A stretch of DNA of 63,631 nt, the filler included, from Collodictyon triciliatum (Eukaryota): the NCBI GenBank assembly GCA_043381765.1. It is 19 parts of 19 records of this genome, joined end to end, with 100 filler letters (N's around TTAATTAATTAA, not from the genome) between each part and the next. Parts side by side here need not be neighbours in the genome. Positions count along the whole stretch, not along the records: positions 13,107 to 16,515 come from JBHJMP010007373.1; positions 16,616 to 20,023 come from JBHJMP010007374.1; positions 20,124 to 23,531 come from JBHJMP010007375.1; positions 23,632 to 27,038 come from JBHJMP010007376.1; 15 more parts are not named here. One strand, 5' to 3'. The position numbers were made by a program, and so were the translations under genes. The notes below the pieces were generated by a model. That model was not told the origin of the DNA. It searched no databases and saw nothing but the letters and a program-made list of their open reading frames with translations. Every line of letters starts with the position of its first letter. Within the stretch, counting starts at the first letter, position 1. Of this stretch, positions 13,560-24,334 are shown in pieces.

Positions 13560-14574
13560 CCAGAGCTAATATGTTGGGGCAAATAAGGTTCCTAATACTC
13601 AACTGTCTGGCTTATCAATGACCGCGGTGGAAGCGAGAGTTTCTTCGAGATTGCTTTGCACAACCCTTTTTGATGACGGACCATGGGATTGGTTTATGGG
13701 CACGTAATAAGCGTTATCGAAAAATGGTGCCCTTGTATGTGGAACTGGTATATTTCAGATATCAGAAGTATCCTTGGGATAAGTACAGTTTCACCTTTTG
13801 CATATCCTATCATGATTTCTTGCTTTCATAAATCAGCACTCTCGTATTTTACATCACAATCAGATTTCGTTACAAAGCCCCAGGGGCTCCAAAGTGCACA
13901 GCAAGAATACTGGGAACCCTCCTTTTGATTGGGTATAATGGGATAGAAATCGAGGAGGGTGCAAAATATCCAAAAACACCTCGAAAAATATCATAGAATG
14001 CTAATAGTCAATATCAGAATCAAGGGATTTATAAATAGTCAAATTACTTGGTATTTTATCTCGTATCATTATATTGATGTAGAGAACCACCTGAATACCT
14101 AAGTCAAGCATGATTTCTTCAATCATCCAAATGTTATCAGTACTTTTTATTTTATCTGATATTATGATGTACTGTATTCATAGCGGTATCTATTGAGATA
14201 AAAAGTGAAAATCCCTTAATGAGAAGGTAATATACTTGTAGTTCTATTATCTTCACATCTCCAGTCCCAGCAAGTTGGTACGCAACATCTTTACTTGAGC
14301 AAAATAACAAAAAAAATTGTCATTATTTTTTTGTATTTTTCATTCAAGATTTATGATATTCTACAAAAAACCAATTATTCAGATACTCATCTAATTCATT
14401 AGGACAAAAAAATCATTCGGTAATACAGTAAGAGTACGTTTAAAGTCGCCAGAAAATAGAACCTTTACCATCCAATTATGACCAATTCCGTCGGACTGTA
14501 AAACAAAACAAAACAAAACAAAACAAAACAAAACAAAACAAAACAAAACAAAACAAAACAAAACAAAACAAAAC

Positions 14575-14605
<31 letters not shown>

Positions 14606-15770
14606 ACAAAAACAAAAACAAAAACAAAAACAAAAACAAAAACAAAAACAAAAACAAAAACAAAAACAAAAACAAAAACAAAAACAAACAAACTAAAACC
14701 CCGCCCTTCCCTTGAATCGAATAAAAGGAAAAAAAACCTCCAATTACGACATTATTTTCTCCTATATCTTTTATAGTTATTGCTGACTTCTCCAATGGCC
14801 TTTCTGTATGATGTGGTACATTCATTCCATATGATAATCTTGCATACTCGGAGCAAATGCCCTTTACCGGTATTCTATTCATTGCACTTTTGGTTGAAAA
14901 ATACGGTAAAATCTTAATTAGAGTCAGCTCTCTGCCACCTTGTAGGACATTTATAGCTATACCTGATGATACCACTAGAATGACAATTTGTTCATTGTTC
15001 TAACTCTAGTGGTTAATTCATGAGACTTTTTTTTAAGGGCCATGAAAAGCACCCATAAGACAACAAGTGGATTTACCTCATTGTTTACGATATAATCCAA
15101 AATTTGCTATTTGTGCAACTTCGTCCTTCATTGGAAAGGGGTTCATGCTCTTCAACGTAGTCCGACATGTTTTGTTAGGTTTAGAAACATAATCACTCGT
15201 TAATTTTTCTTTCAGTCTGCGCGAGATATGGAGTTTTAGTCCCGATTCCTGTACTTCATCCACATGGAAACTTCTTTGAATCTCGGAGGATAAGTAGTTG
15301 GTGGTAATCATGTAATGTATCCTGCGGTTTGTCCTGTGGCCTTGGTCTTGTGGTTGCACGAGATGCAAGACAGGGTTTAACCTCTCTCTCTCTCTCAATC
15401 TATCCACAAGTCTCTCGATCTGTACTGATTTACACGGTTCAGTGAACACGAACCAGAAAGCATGAAAGAAAATCCCGTTTATCCGTGGGTGGATTACATA
15501 TATATTTGCATACTTTCCTCATAATACTCGAGATTGAAGTACAAATAGGATGAAGATTGTCCATAAATTTCGATGGGGCAGAGCGACTATATCGAAATAT
15601 TATTCAAGAAAGGTAGGAGACTGGAAGGTAGATGCGCAGATTCTATCGGATTCATTGTCTTCAACCAATTCTATCTCAAGAGAATTAGTATGTAGCATGA
15701 GATTGTCTGCGACAAAATTGAAGGATTTTACATGATAACAATAACCGATGTAAGAGCGCTATACCACAAT
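13560..15770 (-). mobile_element. Decayed Helitron RepHel (PIF1-like helicase region), with many stops and frameshifts
   Basis: Minus-strand motif remnants occur in Helitron order: ELVEDNE..LW (about 15570-15680), VSSGIAINVLQGGR (14930-14975), TIKDIGENNVVIGG, LFSGDFKRTLTVLP (14420-14465), VFLLCTLEPLGLCN (about 13870-13910) and IMIGYAKGETVLIPRILLI (13755-13815). Confidence 0.85.
14483..14736 (+). mobile_element. Short retroposed insertion: unique head, (CAAAA)n/(CAAAAA)n tract, LINE 3' tail and poly(A), with target-site duplication
   Basis: Flanked by TCCAATTATGAC (14471-14482) and TCCAATTACGAC (14739-14750). It ends CTTGAATCGAATAAAAGG(A)8 and interrupts the Helitron helicase between IGG and KVLFSGDF. 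Confidence 0.7.
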
Positions 15771-15991
15771 TAATTTGTGAGCCATATCAAAATGAAAACA
15801 AAATATTTTGTTCGAGATGAGCCACTTAATAATCACACTCAATGGATATGGTATCGCTTTCGTTGTTTCTTATTTAGAGGTCAGCTCGGAAATAGCTTAA
15901 AAAACATGTCTATATCAGTGGAGAAAACCAGAAAAGAAAAAAGAAAAAAAGAAAAAAAGAAAAAAAGAAAAAAAGAAAAAAAGATTAAAGA

Positions 15992-16515
15992 TTTTTTGCC
16001 TTTATTCGATTCAAAGTGTAGCGAGGTTATGCTATACAAGAGGCGGGATGGGAGCGCATGGTAGAACAAACCTTAGTAGGAGAAGACGCAACTATGGATA
16101 GGCTAGTACCGGAATATAATCGGTGATAGCGAGTTGGTCAGGTGGGCGTCCCAAGTGGTTGATTGGTTGTGTAGGTAGCAGGGGTTGGATATGCTGTGGG
16201 AAATATCGCACGACACATGCCCATATCTCTCTTCGCTTGCGGTCAGAGTAGCTGGGACGTGCGGGCTTGCTTCCAGCTTTTGACTATCGGCGGCTCAATA
16301 ATGCCTATAGTTTGGGCCAATCGACTCATTTTCTACAGTATGTAAGGATTCGGACTGATGATTTTGTATCGAAAGAGATTAGAAAATGCAATGGTCATCG
16401 AGAAAATGCGGAGAGTTGAGTGTGTTTGACCGTCTTTGGTGTAAAAAAAAAAAACTTAATACCTTCAGTCGTACAATAGAGAATCTTAACTGGTCTGCCT
16501 GGTCGAATGGGATGA
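15992..16515 (-). mobile_element. Non-autonomous element with LINE-derived 3' end (cut by scaffold end)
   Basis: The 3' 290 nt or so match the LINE copy at 26371-26661. The remainder matches the copy at 59319-59850 but not the LINE. Confidence 0.85.
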
Positions 16516-17216
16516 NNNNNNNNNNNNNNNNNNNNNNNNNNNNNNNNNNNNNNNNNNNNTTAATTAATTAANNNNNNNNNNNNNNNNNNNNNNNNNNNNN
16601 NNNNNNNNNNNNNNNATTATTTGTTTATTATTTGTTTATTATTTGTTTATTATTTGTTTATTATTTGTTTATTATTTGTTTATTATTTGTTTATTATTTG
16701 TTTATTATTTGTTTGTTATTATTTTTTTGTTATCATTTGTTTGTTATTATTTGTTTGTTATTATTTGTTTGTTATTATTTGTTTGTTATTATTTGTTTGT
16801 TATTATTGTTTGTTATTATTTGTTTGTTATTATTTGTTTGTTATTATTTATTTATTTTTTTATTATTTTTATTATTTTTATTATTTTTATTATTTGTTTT
16901 TTATTTGTTTATTTGTTTTTTATTTGTTTATTTGTTTTTATTATTTTTATTATTTTTATTATTTTTATTATTATTATTATTTTTATTATTTTTTATTATT
17001 TTTTATTATTTGTTTTTTTATTTGTTTATTATTTTTATTATTTGTTTTTTTATTTGTTTATTTGTTTGTTTGTTTGTTTGTTTGTTTGTTTGTTTGTTTG
17101 TTTGTTTGTTTGTTTGTTTGTTTGTTTATCATTATTATCATTACCATTATCCCCGCCATATCTAAAAATAAAATAGAATAAAAACACCACCGCGTAGGCT
17201 TTATCTCTGGGCTGGA

Positions 17217-18411
17217 ATGAACGCAGCGCCCACAGGGTTGCTCTTTGAGTGGCAGGTTGCTGGGCACGGAGACATTGTGACCGGACCCGACAATATCTTA
17301 CTGAAACCAATTGTGCCGATTGAATGGCATTTCTACAAGCACGTAGTTTTTGAGTCTGACTCTCATCCGCTACTCCCGCATATGCCACGATGTTGTGGAC
17401 TCTTTTGCAAGACAGAGCAAGTTGGACTGGGTATGGTTGCCTTCCACGTGGCGAAAAAAAGTATCTTCATTCATGCCTGATTCGTTTGTAACACTTGCAA
17501 TTTTTTCTTCCTTTTTCTTCCTTTTTCTTCCTTTTTCTTCCTTTTTCTTCCTTTTTCTTCCTTTTTCTTTCTTTTTCTTTCTTTTTCTTTCTTTTTCTTT
17601 CTTTTTCTTTCTTTTTCTTTCTTTTTCTTTCTTTTTCTTTCTTTTTCTTCCTTTTTCTTCCTTTTCTTCCTTTTCTTCCTTTTCTTCATTTTTCTTCCTT
17701 TTCTGGTCCCTGTTGCACTTAAGCAGATGAGACTGTTGCTACGCACATCGGCCTTGAGAATCTCCTATGCAGATTTAAAAGACCGTGTGTGCTGGATATG
17801 AAGATCGGTAAGCGACAACACGGACCTGACACGCCCCCAGAGAAAGCAAAAGCCCTCATGCAAAAGTGTGCTGGGACAACATCTGCAACCATCGGGCTTC
17901 GTATATGCGGATACCGTGTTTGTCTTTCTATTACTTTCTCCTCCATACTAGCTATTTGGAGAGGAACCGAATCCAATGACGCTCATTACGATGCCAGGTA
18001 TACTCTCCTCGCCTTGGGTCAGATGTGACGATGACAAAGGCACAAGGGCGGGCCGTGAACGAATCAAACTTTGTGGATGCTCTTGCACTGTTTTTTGACA
18101 GCAATCACGCTGACCGAGCGCGACTTGTGATTCCTCACTTAGTCGCAAAGCTGGAGGCCCTCGCTGTTGCTATCAAGTCTCTTGAAAAGTATAGATTCTA
18201 CTCTAGCTCCATCCTGATTGCCTACGAAGGCCTCGTTTCCCCAGACTCTGTCTTGGATGAATGTGAGTCTGTCCGTATGGAGCCTGTGATCCGGATGATT
18301 GATTTTGCGCACTCGTACTGTCTCCCTGAAGAAGACGGCATCGATCAAGAGTATTTGCTGGGGATTACCAACCTCATCCAATCTCTTAAAAAAATCATCT
18401 CCCGTAACTGA
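17217..18411 (+). CDS. Inositol polyphosphate kinase family protein (IPMK/IP6K-like), multi-exon
   Basis: Motifs QVAGH, LENLLCRFKRPCVLDMKIG (PxxxDxKxG), TTSATIGLRICG, FYSSSILIAYEG and IRMIDFAH are present, with a TGA stop at 18409-18411. Confidence 0.92.
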
Positions 18412-18732
18412 AAAACATATATAAGCCTCTTTTTTTATCTTTAATTTTTTCAACTTTTTTTTTCTTACGAACCATAAAGAAAAAAGAAAAATAAAGAGGA
18501 AAGACAGGCCTAATGGTCGAAAATAACGATATTTGTTAAATATATATAATACTATGAGTATTGTATTAAACCCCCATTTTTTCCCCCTATCTTTGCAATT
18601 CATTCAAAGTCGCGGGCTTTTTTCTTTAAAAAGAGAGAAATATAAATAATAATGTAAACTAGAGAAAATTTATTCTTTTTTGTTTGTTAACCTTATATGG
18701 TTTTTTTTTATTTGGAAGGATTGAAAAAAAAA

Positions 18733-19708
18733 TCAGGCAAAGAAATGCTTCAGTATGGGTTGCATTTGTTTCCTAGTAAATCCCAAATCGCTCTGAACTC
18801 CACCACTGGCAAAAATTTGCGATGCCTTCAAGTTTTCACGCAGCTCATCCCAGTTCTGAAACTCTATGTCTGATCTGTAAACCAGTTTATCAAAAAAGAA
18901 TCGGTCAAGACCTCTCACAGCAATTTCGCTTGCACTAAAGAAACAAAGCTCCCTATGGAATACACCGGCTTCTTGCACAGCCTCGTCCGGAGATGGTCTC
19001 CAATAAGCAAACATCAGAATAAGAACTTCCAGGTCCTGTTCTTGTATAAACCTAGATATTGCTTTAATTGTATTTGATTCTCTGAGTAAAAAGTCTGACC
19101 AACTCAAACGCAGCGACGCAATTCCACATTCTACATGTTTTTGGGTCCCGTATGGGAAGACTTTGTAATCCTTCAGAAGAAGTTCCTCGTTTGTAAGGGT
19201 TGATATATCACTTCTCCAGTTCGTCAGTAAAACAAAAGCTTCTAAAACTTGAGATCTGCTCATTTTTGCGATAACCTCAAGTTTTTCAACGACATCCGTA
19301 TCGGCTTGTGTGACTTTTTTCATCTCAGGATTCAATCCTACTGTATCTAATGAAATGACGCTCACAAGAACCTTGGCCAACACCCTGTAGCATTTAAAAT
19401 TGTACATCAGAATTGAATATTCCTAATATATTTATTTTGTCTTCAGTAGAAATATTGGCTACGTTTCCAATTCCAGATGCTTTTGGGAACTCAACCATCG
19501 ACGACTGATAAGAGTACAGCAGGAGCCAACTAGTTCAATCTCCTATGATGGTTTGAACGAAACCTTTTACACTCAGCAACACTTTATGACACATCATATG
19601 TCATAAAGTGTTAGGGAATTAATGGGAAAGAAGTACCTTTTGTGGATATGAGATACATTCATCAACATGATGATCAATCACTTCAACAACATATTGCCTT
19701 AAATGTTC
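18733..19708 (-). CDS. DHH-family exopolyphosphatase (PPX1/PRUNE-like), 3' part
   Basis: Exons read VVEVIDHHVDE (19637-19708) and EIELVGSCCTLI, followed by a long exon with ISLDTVGL...LLLKDYK (DHHA2-like) that ends in TGA at 18733. Confidence 0.85.
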
Positions 19709-19937
19709 CTTAAATTTATAAATGGTGTCTTTTTTTTAAAAAAAACTATTTGAAATTACAATAAACTTTCAGGACATATTGAAATGAACTCCTTTTTAGG
19801 GGACGTATAGGTTTTTTGTTGTTGTTTTTCTGTTTTTCTGTTCTTATTTGCTTTTATTTGTTTTCATTTTTGTTTGTTTTTGTTTGTTTGTTTGTTTGTT
19901 TGTTTGTTTGTTTTTTTGCTTTTTTTTGCTTTTTTTG

Positions 19938-20023
<86 letters not shown>

Positions 20024-20123
20024 NNNNNNNNNNNNNNNNNNNNNNNNNNNNNNNNNNNNNNNNNNNNTTAATTAATTAANNNNNNNNNNNNNNNNNNNNN
20101 NNNNNNNNNNNNNNNNNNNNNNN

Positions 20124-20280
<157 letters not shown>

Positions 20281-20531
20281 ATATAGAACCGATGAAAAAC
20301 AATCTTCATTTATAAGAGATGGTTGATTTGATGCGGTAAACTGCGCTATATGGCATGATGAATATATCAAGGTGGCGTTCTTGGGTGACGGACATTGATG
20401 AATACAATTTTAGGAGGGACGAGAGCTGTATCCTTGTATATCTTTTATTTGCTTTTATTTTTGCCTCATTTTTTTTTTTATAATTTGTTTCTTTTATAAT
20501 ATAGTAATGATGATAATAAAAGTCATAACAA

Positions 20532-23288
20532 TCAGATTAAAGATTCTATCGCATTGTCTGAAATATCGAGGTATTCAAGAGAACTCATCGCGCACAGCCA
20601 ACCAGGAATAGTCTTAATCTATTTTTTAAATGAAATCATATAAATTATATATATATAAAAGAGGAGAGAAATATGGTGCTTCCCTGAGAAAAAAAAAAGT
20701 ATTTTCTGATTACATTAAGTGATCTGATGGACATTTTCTTCAGCTTCTTCAGACATGAAATGGAAGTTGGTAATTCTGAAAGCTAAACGAAGGCACAGTG
20801 AAAGAGTCAGAAGGCAGTTTTTGATAATTTTAGATAGCTCAAAACATTTGATTTGTTATAATATTTAAAACGAACTGGATTATTCGATATATCCAGGGAC
20901 GTGATCGATGTGAGAAGAAAAAACCAATCAGGTAGTTCAGTAATCTACAATTTCATAAGCTCTCAACTTAAGCCAACGATTACATAACTAAATGCTATTT
21001 TTTTTTTAAAATTTTTTTATAATAATTGTACAATTACAAACCTTGTTATTGGAGATATCAAAATTTGGTTTAGAAGGTATGAACTTCAATTCACAAGGTA
21101 ATTGTTCAAGTGATAGCCCTGACATGACTATTGAATCCTTTTCAAACTTCATAGAGTCAATAAGCGATTGAAGCTTTTGTCCAAATCTATTGCCTCGAAG
21201 GCAAATATACTGCAACTTATCAAGCCCGCTCAAATCAGGCAAAATGTATATCTATTCGAGTTAGATAAAGACTGTAGTAAGAACATGAGCCATAACATGG
21301 AATACGCATGCATTTCATGATTATCTTGAATTTTTTTTTTAAAAAAAAAGCAACTTGAAAAACCTTATTGTGAGACAAATCAAGATATTCCATCGAATTC
21401 AATCGACCAAGCCATGTAGGAATGGTGCATATCTAAAAAAAAAAAAGAAAGAAAATAAAAAACTACAAAGTGCAGATGAACCACAATATATTTCTTTTTT
21501 CATGTTATTATGTCAACGAATGCGTTACGTTAGAAGAGCTGGCGTACAGCCTCTGTAAGCAGGTAAGGTAAGAAATACCGGATGGTAGAGCTGTTATCTA
21601 AAGTTGCCCACTGTAAACTTAAAATGTACACATATATAGATTCTTGAATGACTTTTATATTAATCAATGGGGAGGTTTCTACCGGATTATTTGAGATATC
21701 CAGAGACACCAAGTCTATCAATCCAGATATCCAATCAGGCATATCTGTAATCTATAATGAGGTAAACATGAATTTTCGTATTTTTCTTTAAAAAGGGATA
21801 GCTGTTTCAAACTTGGTTCAGTGAAATGTCTATCTTCTTGAGATGCTTCATGTCCAGCAACAAACTAGGAGGCTGACAAAACTAGAAACAGATTAATGAT
21901 TTAACTCGAAGCTCAATTATGGTATCCGTGTTACAAGTATAAATAATATTTAGGCTCGAAATACACAAGATCGAACCATACACAATTATGGCTCAAATTT
22001 ATGTGGTTAAGGTTTGTTAGACGGGATAATAAATTTGGAAGTGTGCTTATGCTTCTCCCATAAAAGTTGAGGAATTTCCAATCACGAATCTCTGTGATAT
22101 TAGGAGACCAAGAGACATCGAAAATATTGTCATCCTATAAGTCGTTTAGGTTTTAGAACAATAATTTTCTTATTTTTTTAAACAAAAAAAAAAAAGAAAG
22201 AAAATATGAAAGTTTTGAAACTCACTGCTTCAACATAAAAATCAAACATATTAACAGCCCCTTCGATATCTGGAGCGCGGAACCCAAGAAAATCTTTCCA
22301 GAAAATCAGGTTTGTAATTCCTTTAGGAAGTCGTTTCAAACATGGATACGTTTCACTTTCCAATGGAAACATCGATAATTTTGTCAAAAAGGTTATCCAC
22401 GGTGGAACTTCTTCAATCTTTTGCATTCGTTTCAAACAAGAGAGCAGGAGGTAGCAATGAATTTTCATTCTTTTCGATACAAGAAATTTGAAAAACACTT
22501 AATTTTAATGAACATTTCTTCTCTCTCTTTTTTTTTTCTTTCATCATTTGAAATAAACTTACCATATTTTCTTTTACATCAAGGACACTCATTTTGACCA
22601 GGTTGGATAATTCTGCTGGCAAGTTGGTGATGAAATTGTCATAAAGATATATCGCTTTGATTTCTGTCAGATTTGAAATATACGTGGGAATCCACGAAAT
22701 ATGTGCGGAAGATGCATGCAAATATGTAAGGTTGGCCATTAAAGACAGATCTGGCAGGGTGCCGAGATGATTACCGCCGATATCAAGTGTCTGTAGCATG
22801 GTCAACAACGACACTGCTGGTGAAATGTGCGTCAAACAGTTATTTGAGATTCGCAAGGAAACTAAAGATGAGAAGCATTCCAAGCCCGTTATCACTGTTA
22901 TCTTGTTTCTACTGAAATCAAAGTCTCGCATCCTCTGAAGCGCTGATATCCCGGCCGGCAAAGATGAGATCATATTGAACGATAAACATATTTCAGTCAG
23001 CGCACTCATTTTTGTTATTTCTTCTGGAACGGCCCTGATCTTGTTCAGGTATGCATCTAGTCTCATGAGGTTGCATAGCTTAGATATTGTTGGTGGTAAA
23101 GCCGTGAGGGGATTGCTGGAGAGATCCAGTTCCAACATGTTTGTAAAGTCCACCAGTTCTGTTGGAAAATACTCGAGATTTTTTCGAGCCAGGCTAAGGC
23201 GAGTGCACTCTTCAAGTGACGATTCTTCAGGGAAATGCTGCGGTGTGAATCGCTCCATGAACTCCTCACTGCGTTTTCTCTTTGGCAT
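20532..23288 (-). CDS. Large leucine-rich repeat protein, multi-exon
   Basis: The first exon (about 22563-23288) holds roughly 9-10 LRRs. It is followed by a cap-like exon, then 69-nt single-LRR exons at 21813-21881, 21683-21751, 21529-21597, 21364-21432, 20876-20944 and 20714-20782, and a 210-nt exon at 21042-21251. A last LRR unit at 20550-20618 reads on to TGA at 20532. The start codon is tentative. Confidence 0.9.
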
Positions 23289-24334
23289 GCCCACCCGGGC
23301 TGCTATGCGTTGATCTGATCGTTGGGTTATGTGGTGGATTTCAGATAAGTCGGTTTCGGTTTATATGGCTTTTTTTTCAATTTTATTTTTTTGTTTCTTT
23401 TTCTTTTTCTATTTTGTTTATTTTTTGTTTGTTTCTTATTGTATATTTCTTTTTTTTTTGTTTCTTTTTGTTTCTTTTTGTTTCTTTTTGTTTCTTTTTG
23501 TTTCTTTTTGTTTCTTTTTGTTTCTTTTTGTNNNNNNNNNNNNNNNNNNNNNNNNNNNNNNNNNNNNNNNNNNNNTTAATTAATTAANNNNNNNNNNNNN
23601 NNNNNNNNNNNNNNNNNNNNNNNNNNNNNNNATCACCCGTCCCTTTTTTTTTCTCATACTCGCGGGACACTATCACGCGTCCCCAAAAGAAATCCATGCG
23701 TCTCTTATCAAGCCTCAAGGACCTCTCTTTTCCCTTTTTTCTTTTATCTTTATCCCTGTTTTTCTTATTCTATCTCCCACACATCCCCACCTACTTTGGA
23801 ACTACTTGCCTGATGGTTGATTGAAAGATTGTTGAGACGGGCTCGACAGCTAAGACTTTTAGAATAAAAAAAATGAGCCAATTACCATTCACATTAATAG
23901 CATGAAGAAGCACAAGCACCAAAAGGATGAGGTAAAATTTATACCGTACTAATTTCATCATATTATTCTATATATGGAATTTACAGTATTTACATATTTT
24001 ATGGTGCATGACGAATACTTTTCCATCAATTTAACAAACATTTGCAGCAGAAACACATTTTGTTCATTATTATAAAGTAAAATTCGCACTTCTTTGCGCG
24101 ATATTTAACTTTTCCTGCAGCCAAAAACACTGCTGCCTTGCACACATCTCGCAACCTTATCACGTCACTAATTCGCATTGCGCTGCCCAACTCTGCGCAC
24201 AACAGCCCCGTTCTCACTCGCGCAATGCTTGTCCTGTGTGATCTGTCAAGTGCAACGACAAAACAATCAAATACTATGCAACACACAACACAGACCCCTT
24301 GTCCACGCAGCCCCCAGAATTCGCATCTGACGCG

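Noticed and set aside
16621-17181. Long hydrophobic ORFs over microsatellites (also the poly-Y, poly-F, poly-MI and poly-K ORFs elsewhere)
   Set aside because: These are translations of simple repeats or N runs with no coding signal.
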